From Pseudomonadota bacterium (GTDB taxonomy: Bacteria; Pseudomonadota; Alphaproteobacteria; Rhizobiales; Xanthobacteraceae), in the NCBI GenBank assembly GCA_046735815.1, contig JBKPUA010000119.1, positions 1-45,646 on the forward strand: a stretch of DNA of 45,646 nucleotides. Reading direction: 5' to 3'. Position numbers and translations under genes: made by a program. A model generated the notes under the pieces. The model saw only the letters and a list, made by a program, of their open reading frames with translations, was not told the DNA's origin and did not search any database. Each line of letters starts with the position of its first letter. Within the stretch, counting starts at the first letter, position 1. This document shows, in pieces, positions 17,792 to 25,294 of the stretch.

Positions 17792-18778
17792 ATGATCGAC
17801 GCCTCTGCGCTCGCGCCTTACGCTCACCACACACTTCCGGACGCCGTGGTTCCGGAGCTTCCCGGCTATTACCGCGGCAAGGTGCGGGAGAACTACGACC
17901 TCCCGAACGGCACGCGCATCCTCATCGCCACCGATCGCATCAGCGCCTTCGACCGCAACCTCGCGGTGATCCCGCTCAAGGGACAGGTGCTTACCCAGAC
18001 CGCCCGTTTCTGGTTCGAGGGGACGCGAGACCTCTGCCCCAATCACGTCATCGAATATCCCGACCCGAATGTGCTGGTGTGCAAGCGCCTCGCCATGATG
18101 CCGGTCGAGATCGTCGTGCGCGATTATCTCGCCGGCACCACCTCCACCTCGATCCTGCAGATGTACAAGCGCGGCGAACGCGAGATGTACGGCCATCGTT
18201 TCAAGGGCGGGCTGCGCGACAACGAGAAGCTGCCGCAGACCATCATCACGCCCACGACCAAAGCGGAGCAGGGCGACCATGATGCGCCGCTCAGCGCGCA
18301 AGAGATCGTGGCCAAAAAGCTGCTGACTGAGCGTCAGTGGCAGGACGTGTCGCAGAAGGCGCTCGCGCTGTTCGCGCGCGGGCGGGAGCGCGCGGCGCGG
18401 CAGGGGCTGATCCTGGTCGACACCAAATACGAGTTCGGCTTCGACGAGCGCGGCGCGATCGTGCTCGCTGACGAGGTGCACACCCCCGACAGCAGCCGCT
18501 ACTGGCTGGCCGCGAGCTATCCCGCGCGCTTTGCCGCCGGCGAGCCACCGCAGACACTGGACAAGGATTTCATCCGCCGCTGGGTGGCGGAGCGCTGCGA
18601 TCCCTACCGCGAGGCGATACCCGAGATCCCGCAGGAGGTGGTCTTGCAGGCCGCGGCCACCTATGTCGACGTGTACGAGAAGCTCACCGGCGAGAAGTTC
18701 GTCCTGCCGGACCTTTCGGTGCCGCCGCTCGCGCGCGTGCGCGCCAGCTTGACGAAATATTTCGGCATGGCCGCGTAG
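17792..18778 (+). CDS. purC: phosphoribosylaminoimidazole-succinocarboxamide synthase (long form)
   Basis: Motifs seen: [31 protein letters not shown] and [12 protein letters not shown]. Confidence 0.9.
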   Translation: MIDASALAPYAHHTLPDAVVPELPGYYRGKVRENYDLPNGTRILIATDRISAFDRNLAVIPLKGQVLTQTARFWFEGTRDLCPNHVIEYPDPNVLVCKRLAMMPVEIVVRDYLAGTTSTSILQMYKRGEREMYGHRFKGGLRDNEKLPQTIITPTTKAEQGDHDAPLSAQEIVAKKLLTERQWQDVSQKALALFARGRERAARQGLILVDTKYEFGFDERGAIVLADEVHTPDSSRYWLAASYPARFAAGEPPQTLDKDFIRRWVAERCDPYREAIPEIPQEVVLQAAATYVDVYEKLTGEKFVLPDLSVPPLARVRASLTKYFGMAA

Positions 18779-18789
18779 CAGCGGCGGTC

Positions 18790-18885
18790 GTAGCACCCAT
18801 AGCCCGGATGGAGCGAAGCGAAATCCGAATCGTACCTCGGGGGAGAACCATCCCGCATTTCGCTTCGCTCATACGGGCTACGAAT
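18790..18885. repeat. REP-like palindromic element (GTAGC..CCCGGATGGAGCGAAGCGAAATCC family)
   Basis: A perfect 14-bp inverted repeat pairs GAGCGAAGCGAAAT (18811-18824) with ATTTCGCTTCGCTC (18857-18870). It is extended by AGCCCG/CGGGCT. Confidence 0.55.
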
Positions 18886-18902
18886 CCAGTTGGAGTACCG
18901 CG

Positions 18903-20318
18903 ATGACCGCCGCCCGCGCCGCCGATGCCGCCGTGGTGGAACGCCTCGCGACCGCGGGGCTTCCCGGCAGCGATATCCGCGAGTGGCTGCAGGCGGAGCC
19001 CGGCGAGACCACCGACTTTCCCGCCGATCGCCGGAAATTCTCGGGCTATTGGCAGAGGTCGACGCGGCTCATTGGACGGCTACCGGCGAAGCCGCGGCGC
19101 AGCGAGCGCGAGCACGCCGCGGCCGATCTCATTGCCGAGCGCGCGCGCGAAGCGCGCGTGCGTTTCCTGCATCGCCACGTCGATGCCGTCTACGACGCGC
19201 TCACCGTGCGGCGCTCGCGCTTCGTGCGGGTCGAGGATCTGGTCATCCGCGCCGCGGGCGTGGCGCCGGGGCTCCTCCCGATCGCGCAGGAAATCGCCGC
19301 CGAGGACGGCACGATCCAGCGCGACAAGAGCGGACTCGAGATCGATCAGGGCCTGTTCCTGGGCGCGGTGCTCGGCAGCGCGCGCTCGGGGAATCATCTC
19401 TGCCATGCCATGCTGCTGCCGCGGCCCGAGGCGCAAGCCTTGCTGCCGCAGCTCGAGCGCGACGGCGTGGTGACGCTCGACGGCGCGTCGGTCCATCGTT
19501 CCGGCAAAGCCGCGGTGGTGACGCAGAACAATCCGCGCTTTCTCAATGCGGAGGACCAGACCTCGCTCGACGGCGCGGAGATTTGCGTCGATCTCGCGCT
19601 GCTCGACCGCGCCAGCGAGATCGCGGTCATGCGCGGCGCCGTGGTCGAGCATCCCAAATATCGCGGGCGGCGGGTGTTCGGCGCCGGCATCAATCTCACT
19701 CACCTCTATCACGGCCGCATCCCGTTCGTCTGGTACCTCCAGCGCGATCTCGGCTACGTCAACAAGATCTATCGCGGGCTTGCTCTTGCAGACGATCCGC
19801 CGCCCGACGAGTTCGGCGGCCGCACCATCGAGAAGCCGTGGATCGCGGCGGTCGAGGCCTTCGCCATCGGCGGCCATTGCCAGCTGCTGCTGGTGATGGA
19901 CTACGTGCTCGCCGAGCGCAGCGCGTTCTTGACTTTGCCAGCACGTAAAGAGGGCATCATTCCCGGCGCCGCCAACATGCGCCTGCCGCGCTTCGTCGGC
20001 GACCGCATCGCGCGCCAGGCGATCCAGTACGAGCGGCGGCTCGAATGCGACAGTCCCGAAGGCAGCATGATCTGCGACGAGCTCGTCGAGCCGGGCGCGA
20101 TGGACGATGCGATCGAACGCGTCGTCAAAGGGTTGACCAATTCCGGCGTGGTGAGCGCGGCCGGAAACCGGCGGGCGTTCCGCGTGACGCAAGAGCCGCT
20201 CGACATGTTCCGCGCCTATTTCGCGGTCTATGCGCGCGAGCAGGCCTATTGCCACTTCAGCCCGGCACTGATCGCCAATCTCGAGCGCTATTGGAACGCG
20301 CAGACTCGCAAGCCGTGA
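18903..20318 (+). CDS. crotonase-superfamily protein, DpgC-like (3,5-dihydroxyphenylacetyl-CoA 1,2-dioxygenase family)
   Basis: 471 aa with ATG 18903 after GGAG. A long helical N-domain precedes a crotonase core (NNPRFLNAED, VFGAGINLTHLYHGRIPFVWYLQRDLGYVNKIYRG, EAFAIGGHCQLLLVMDYVLA). The architecture and the GINLTHLY..WYL.RDLG segment match my recollection of DpgC. Confidence 0.65.
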   Translation: MTAARAADAAVVERLATAGLPGSDIREWLQAEPGETTDFPADRRKFSGYWQRSTRLIGRLPAKPRRSEREHAAADLIAERAREARVRFLHRHVDAVYDALTVRRSRFVRVEDLVIRAAGVAPGLLPIAQEIAAEDGTIQRDKSGLEIDQGLFLGAVLGSARSGNHLCHAMLLPRPEAQALLPQLERDGVVTLDGASVHRSGKAAVVTQNNPRFLNAEDQTSLDGAEICVDLALLDRASEIAVMRGAVVEHPKYRGRRVFGAGINLTHLYHGRIPFVWYLQRDLGYVNKIYRGLALADDPPPDEFGGRTIEKPWIAAVEAFAIGGHCQLLLVMDYVLAERSAFLTLPARKEGIIPGAANMRLPRFVGDRIARQAIQYERRLECDSPEGSMICDELVEPGAMDDAIERVVKGLTNSGVVSAAGNRRAFRVTQEPLDMFRAYFAVYAREQAYCHFSPALIANLERYWNAQTRKP

Positions 20319-20345
20319 CCGCGCGACGCCGGCCGATGCACCGGA

Positions 20346-20822
20346 TTACCGCTTGATCCGGTCAAGATTCCCCGTCATGCGCGCAATGACGCGGTGGAAG
20401 GTTGCGAGCTCGTCGCGGGCAATGCCATGCTCCGCCGCATCGGTGATGCCGCGCGCGAGCGCTAGCAGCTCGGCGCGCAGGCGCTTCGCTTTGGGCTTCA
20501 GCCACACTTGCGCGCGCCGCTTGTCCTCGTCGCTGCGCACGCGGCGGATCAGGCCGGACTTTTCCATGCTGCGCAATGCGATCACCGTAGTCGGCTCCAT
20601 GGTGCCGACGCGCGCCGAGAGCTCGCGCTGCGACAAGCCGTCCTCGCTCCATAGCACGCGCAGGAAGTACCACTGGCCGCGGGCGATGCCGTAAGGCGCG
20701 ATGCGCTTCTCGAGCAGCCGCTGGAACGCCCGATTGGCGTCGCGCACGAGGAAGCCCGAGCTTTGCGCGAGCGGAAACTCGACGTTAGCGGTCGTTCGGC
20801 GCTTGCTGCGGCGCACTGTCAC
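20346..20822 (-). CDS. MarR family transcriptional regulator
   Basis: Winged-helix segment LSQRELSARVGTMEPTTVIALRSMEKSGLIRRVRSDEDKRR. The likely start is GTG 20822, 5 nt after AAGGGGA. The track start at 20846 is a TTG without an RBS. Confidence 0.85.
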   Translation of the reverse strand: MTVRRSKRRTTANVEFPLAQSSGFLVRDANRAFQRLLEKRIAPYGIARGQWYFLRVLWSEDGLSQRELSARVGTMEPTTVIALRSMEKSGLIRRVRSDEDKRRAQVWLKPKAKRLRAELLALARGITDAAEHGIARDELATFHRVIARMTGNLDRIKR

Positions 20823-20858
20823 GCAGATCCCCTTTCCGGAGCGCAACGCTGGCCGGCG

Positions 20859-20887
20859 TTGACAAGATTTCGCTCGCGACCATAATA
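20859..20887 (+). promoter_or_regulatory. sigma70-like promoter candidate for the UbiD operon, in the MarR-UbiD divergent spacer
   Basis: TTGACA (20859-20864), then 17 nt, then ATAATA (20882-20887). The next segment is AT-rich and holds a small palindrome TAGA-AA-TCTA (ACTTAGAAATCTATGTAAT), a possible MarR operator. Confidence 0.35.
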
Positions 20888-21017
20888 CTTAGAAATCTAT
20901 GTAATGGAACCCAGGCACCCCAAACGAACGGCCGCGGCGGCCCGGACCGATTTCAGCTAGTCTCAACAGAAGCGGCGGGCGAAGCGCTCGCCCCGCCGAG
21001 ATGATGGAGCTTCACCG

Positions 21018-22601
21018 ATGCAGAAAGCATTGCGCAAGGAACGGCCCGCGGGCAGCAATGAATATCATGCCGGCGATCTGCGCACCGCCCTCGACTGGCT
21101 GCGCGAGCAGGGCGACCTGATCGAGACCGAGAAGCCGGTCGATCCCGACCTCGAGGTCACCGGCCTGCAGAAGCACATGGATGGCGGCTGCCCGGTGCTG
21201 TTCGACAACGTCAAGGGCAAGCCCAACCACCGCGTGGTGACCAATCTGTTCGGCGACATGAAGGTCATCAACAAGATGTTCGGCTGGAAGGATGACGCGG
21301 AGCGGGTGAAGAAGCTCGCCTATGCGCTCAGCCATCCGCTCAAGCCGGTCGAGATCCCGCAGGACGAGGCGCCCTGCCAGGAGCACGTGATCAAGGCGCC
21401 GAAGGACGTGAACGAATACGTCGTGCCGATCCGGCACACCACCTACGAGCCCGAGCTCACGGTGGGCTCGGCCATCCGCTGCGTCACCGGCCCGGAATTC
21501 GATGGCGGCTCCGACCTCGGCTACAACCGCATGAACTTCCGCTGGGGCAATGTCGGCACCTTCCAGATCTCGCCCGGCTCGCACATGTGGCAGGTGGTCA
21601 ACAAGTACTACAAGTCGAACGAGCCGGTGCCGATCACAATGTGCTTCGGCGTGCCGCCGGCCTGCACCTTGCTCGCGGGCGCCGGCTTCGACTACGCCGT
21701 GCTGCCGATGGGCTGCGACGAAATCGGCATCGCCGGCGCGGTGCAGGGAACGCCGGTCCGCCTGGTGAAGGCGCGCACGGTGAACGCCATGGCGCTGGCG
21801 GACGCGGAATTGGTGCTCGAAGGCTACGTCAATCCGCGCGACCGGCGCTTCGAGACCAAAGAGTCGGAGGACGCCGGCGTCCAGGGCCGCTTCCACTTTC
21901 ATCCGGAATGGGCGGGCTACATGGGCAAGGCCTACAAGGCGCCGACCTTCCATGTCACCGCCGTCACTATGCGCGACCCCAAGACCAAGCCGATCATCTA
22001 CGCGCTTGGCGTCCACATGCTCGACGACCACAACATCGACACCACGGTGCGCGAGGCGGCAATCTACGAGCTCTGCAACCGGCTGCAGCCCGGCATCGTG
22101 CAGAACGTGGTGATTCCCTACTGCATGACCGACTGGGGCGGCTGCATCATCCAGGTCAAAAAGCGCCACCAGCTCGACGAGGGCTGGCAGCGCAACTTCA
22201 TGGCCGCGGCGTTGTCCTGCTCCCAGGGCATGCGGGTCGCCATCGCGGTGAGCGAGGACGTCGATCCCTATTCCATGGACGACGTCATGTGGTGTCTCAC
22301 CACGCGCGTGAACCCTAAGATGGACATCATCAATCCGATCCCGGGCGGGCGCGGTCAGACCTTCATGCCGGCCGAGCGCATGACCGCGGGCGACAAGCAG
22401 TGGACCGCCTCCAACACCCAGTTCGAAGGCGGCATGGGCATCGATGCTACGGTGCCGTTCGGCTACGAGAGTGACTTCCTGCGCCCGGTCTACCCCGTCG
22501 ACCGGGTCAAGCCGGAGGATTTCTTCAGCAAGAAGGACATCGAGAACGCGCGCTCGCGCATGGTCGGCTGGGTGCATTCGCTGTCGCGCAGCGGAAGGTG
22601 A
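21018..22601 (+). CDS. UbiD-family (prFMN-dependent) decarboxylase
   Basis: 527 aa with ATG 21018 after GGAG. The N-terminus DLRTALDWLREQGDLIETEKPVDPDLEVTGLQKHMDGGCPVLFDNVKGKP and the overall length are typical of the UbiD family. Confidence 0.9.
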   Translation: MQKALRKERPAGSNEYHAGDLRTALDWLREQGDLIETEKPVDPDLEVTGLQKHMDGGCPVLFDNVKGKPNHRVVTNLFGDMKVINKMFGWKDDAERVKKLAYALSHPLKPVEIPQDEAPCQEHVIKAPKDVNEYVVPIRHTTYEPELTVGSAIRCVTGPEFDGGSDLGYNRMNFRWGNVGTFQISPGSHMWQVVNKYYKSNEPVPITMCFGVPPACTLLAGAGFDYAVLPMGCDEIGIAGAVQGTPVRLVKARTVNAMALADAELVLEGYVNPRDRRFETKESEDAGVQGRFHFHPEWAGYMGKAYKAPTFHVTAVTMRDPKTKPIIYALGVHMLDDHNIDTTVREAAIYELCNRLQPGIVQNVVIPYCMTDWGGCIIQVKKRHQLDEGWQRNFMAAALSCSQGMRVAIAVSEDVDPYSMDDVMWCLTTRVNPKMDIINPIPGGRGQTFMPAERMTAGDKQWTASNTQFEGGMGIDATVPFGYESDFLRPVYPVDRVKPEDFFSKKDIENARSRMVGWVHSLSRSGR

Positions 22602-22611
22602 GACTCTGTGT

Positions 22612-22698
22612 TTTGTCGTCCCCGCGCAAGCGGGGACCCATATTCCAGAGACTGCAGTGCGCGGCACGATGGGTCCCCGCGTTCGCGGGGACGACACA
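22612..22698. repeat. REP-like element, copy 1 (TGTCGTCCCCGCG...CCATATTCCAGAG...GCACGATGGG...CGCGGGGACGACA)
   Basis: The terminal 13-bp inverted repeat pairs TGTCGTCCCCGCG (22614-22626) with CGCGGGGACGACA (22685-22697). Each arm also forms a local hairpin (CCCCGC-GCAA-GCGGGG; CCCCGCG-TT-CGCGGGG). A second copy lies at 35025-35112. Confidence 0.65.
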
Positions 22699-22734
22699 CA
22701 GGGGTTAGCGGCGCCAGTACCAAAAACGGCTGCG

Positions 22735-23970
22735 ATGCTTCTTTCGGACACCTTAGTCATCGACGCGACCGAGCGGCTGGGCTGGCTCGCCGGTCGCATC
22801 CTCGCCGATCTGGGCGCCGATGTGGTCAAGCTCGAGCGGCCCGGCAGCGACCGCGGCTCTCCCGCATGGCGCGCCTTCAACGTCAACAAGCGCGTGCTCG
22901 AGCTCGATCCGGACAGCGGCGCCGACCGCGCCCGCGTCGCGCAATTGCTCGCGAGCGCCGACATCTGCCTGCTCACGCCGCAGGCCCCGCCGTTCGTTGA
23001 TGGTCTCGATCCGCAGGTGCTGCGGGCAAAACACCCGCGCCTCGTCGTCGTCGCCATCCGGCCGTTCGGCGGCGCCGGGCCGCGCAGCGGCTGGAAGGCG
23101 AGCGACATCGAGTTGATGGCAGCTGGCGGCGCTATGGCGCTCGCGGGCGAGCCCGATGGCATGCCCGTGCGCGTGAGCGAGCCGCAGTCCTACAGTTGGG
23201 CCGGCGCGCAGGCTGCCATCGGCGCGCTCATGGCGCTGTTCAAGCGCGAAGCGAGCGGCCGCGGCGATCTCGTCGATGTCTCCGCTCAGGCCTCGGTGGT
23301 GGCTGCGCTGTCGCACGCGCCGGCCTTCGTCGATCTCGTCGGCATCGAGCCCACGCGCGCCGGCGCCTTCATTACGGGCCGCTCGATCACGGGCGCGCGC
23401 TATCGCGTGTTCTGGTCGTGCCGCGACGGCTACATCAATTTCATCTTCTACGGCGGCGCCGCGGGGCGACGCACCAACGAGCAACTGGTCGCCTGGATGC
23501 GCGAGGCGGGCGCCGACCTTGGCGCGCTCGCCGCCATCGACTGGAAGACCTGGGACGCCACCAAGACCAGTCAGGCCGAGGTCGACGCCATCGAGGCGCC
23601 GGTGATGGCGTTCTTCGCCCGCCTCACCAAGCGCGAGTTCCTGATTGAGGCGCACCGCCGCGAAATGCTCGGCTATCCGGTCGCCACCGTCGCCGATATC
23701 GCGACTGATCCGCAGCTCGAAGCGCGCGGTTTCTTCCAGACCGCGCCCGGCAGCGCCGAGCGCTTCTCCGGCAGCTTCGCGGTGATCGACGGCGAGCGCC
23801 CGCCGTTGCGCCACGCCCCCGCGGCGCCGTTCCCGCGCGAGCCTTCCTCCGTTGCCGCGTCGAACATTGCGGTCGCGCGCGTCGTCCCCACATCCGAGCG
23901 CGCGCCGACCGTGACTGCCGCCACCGCGTTCGCTTCCACGCGCAGGGAGCGGGCAGGGGGCCAGCCGTGA
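22735..23970 (+). CDS. family III (CaiB/BaiF) CoA-transferase, subunit-like paralogue A
   Basis: The N-terminus from ATG 22735 is MLLSDTLVIDATERLGWLAGRILADLGADVVKLERPG. The active-site region is FGGAGPRSGWKASDIELMAAGG, with Asp present. The track start at 22444 merely translates the REP element. Confidence 0.85.
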   Translation: MLLSDTLVIDATERLGWLAGRILADLGADVVKLERPGSDRGSPAWRAFNVNKRVLELDPDSGADRARVAQLLASADICLLTPQAPPFVDGLDPQVLRAKHPRLVVVAIRPFGGAGPRSGWKASDIELMAAGGAMALAGEPDGMPVRVSEPQSYSWAGAQAAIGALMALFKREASGRGDLVDVSAQASVVAALSHAPAFVDLVGIEPTRAGAFITGRSITGARYRVFWSCRDGYINFIFYGGAAGRRTNEQLVAWMREAGADLGALAAIDWKTWDATKTSQAEVDAIEAPVMAFFARLTKREFLIEAHRREMLGYPVATVADIATDPQLEARGFFQTAPGSAERFSGSFAVIDGERPPLRHAPAAPFPREPSSVAASNIAVARVVPTSERAPTVTAATAFASTRRERAGGQP

Positions 23971-25187
23971 CCGCGGTCGCCCAGGCGCTCGCCGGCCTCA
24001 AGGTGCTGGAGTTCGGCGGCTATGCCGCCGGGCCGCATATCGGCAAGATGCTGGGCAATTTCGGCGCCCACACCATCCATGTCGAATCGAAACAGCGTCC
24101 CGACGGCTTCCGCATTCAATATCCACCGTTCAAGGACGATCGTCCCGGCTACAACCGCAGCGGCTGCTTCGCCTTCTTCAACGATTCGAAATACAGCGTC
24201 ACGGTCGATCTCAAGAAGCCCGCGGGCGTAGCGCTCGTGCGCCGCATGGCGCAATGGTGCGATCTCGTCATCGAGAACATGCGCCAGGGCATCATGGAGC
24301 GTTTGGGCCTGGGCTACGCCACGCTCGCCGAGCTCAACCCGCGCCTGGTGATGCTGTCGACCTGCAATATGGGGCAGACCGGGCCGCGCGCCGACCAGCC
24401 GGGATTTGGCTCGCAGCTCACCGCGCTCGCCGGCATGTGCGGCCTGACCGGCGTGCCGGATGGCCCACCCATGCTGCTCTACGGCCCCTATATCGACTAC
24501 ATCGCCTCCTCGCTCGGCGCCTCGGCCGCGCTCGCCGCCGTGATCCGCAGCCGCCGGAGCGGCAAGGGCGCGCTGATCGATCTGGCCCAATACGAGTGCG
24601 GCCTGACCTTCATGGGTGCGGCGCTGCAGGATTATTTCGCCCGTGGCCGCTGCGCCGAGCGCTCCGGCAACGACGATCCAGTCGCGGTGCCGCACGGCGC
24701 CTATCGCTGCGCGGACGGCGAGTGGATCGCGCTCTCGTGCTGGTCGGATGCGGATTTCGCAGCACTGGCGACGGCGATGGGCGAGGCGACGCTTGCGACC
24801 GATCCCCGTTTCGCCTCGGCGGCGGCGCGGCGGGCGAACGTCGAGGCGCTCGACGCCGCCATCACGGCATGGACCGAGCAGCATAACGCCGAGGCCGTGG
24901 CCGAAGCCCTGCAAGCGGCGGACGTTGCCGCCTATCCGGTCGTGACCATGGCGGGCCTGTTCGCGGACCCGCAGCTTGCCGCCCGCCGCCAATTCCGGGT
25001 GCGGCGCCATCCGGAGATGGGCGACCACGCTTATTGCTTCCCCGGCTTCGATCTTGCGGATGCGCCCGGCGATATCGTTGCCCCGGCGCCCTGCGTCGGC
25101 GCCGACAACGATTTCGTGTTCCGCGATCTCATCGGCCTGAGCGCCGCGGAGTACGAGTCCTATCGCCGTCAGGGCGTGTTCGATTGA
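23967..25187 (+). CDS. family III (CaiB/BaiF) CoA-transferase, subunit-like paralogue B
   Basis: GTG 23967 overlaps the upstream stop as GTGA. The N-terminus reads LKVLEFGGYAAGPHIGKMLGNFGAHTIHVE. The active-site region reads GQTGPRADQPGFGSQLTALAG, with Gly where the family Asp is expected. Confidence 0.85.
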   Translation: MTAVAQALAGLKVLEFGGYAAGPHIGKMLGNFGAHTIHVESKQRPDGFRIQYPPFKDDRPGYNRSGCFAFFNDSKYSVTVDLKKPAGVALVRRMAQWCDLVIENMRQGIMERLGLGYATLAELNPRLVMLSTCNMGQTGPRADQPGFGSQLTALAGMCGLTGVPDGPPMLLYGPYIDYIASSLGASAALAAVIRSRRSGKGALIDLAQYECGLTFMGAALQDYFARGRCAERSGNDDPVAVPHGAYRCADGEWIALSCWSDADFAALATAMGEATLATDPRFASAAARRANVEALDAAITAWTEQHNAEAVAEALQAADVAAYPVVTMAGLFADPQLAARRQFRVRRHPEMGDHAYCFPGFDLADAPGDIVAPAPCVGADNDFVFRDLIGLSAAEYESYRRQGVFD

Positions 25188-25294
25188 GGCACAACGGGAC
25201 CGCCACAGGCGGGGATGTGCTTGCAACTGAACGGATTTCGTGCCCTTGCTGTTGACGTAAAGCGGCCGATGGCGGGCCGTGGCGGAGGAACGGA

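Noticed and set aside
17627-18796. 389-aa ORF on the minus strand
   Set aside because: It is antisense to purC and has no recognisable domain.
22444-22734. 97-aa N-terminal extension of the first CoA-transferase (and the similar MADYAGANPPLQ extension of the Bug gene at 36161-36232)
   Set aside because: These extensions translate REP elements or the 3' end of the upstream gene. The canonical family N-termini start at 22735 and 36160, each with an RBS.
21012-23162. 716-aa ORF on the minus strand
   Set aside because: It is antisense to the UbiD and CoA-transferase genes. It is low-complexity and crosses the REP element.
23673-25226. 517-aa ORF on the minus strand, plus the 353-aa ORF at 22753..23814
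   Set aside because: Both are antisense to the two CoA-transferase paralogues, which have clear family N-termini and active-site segments.
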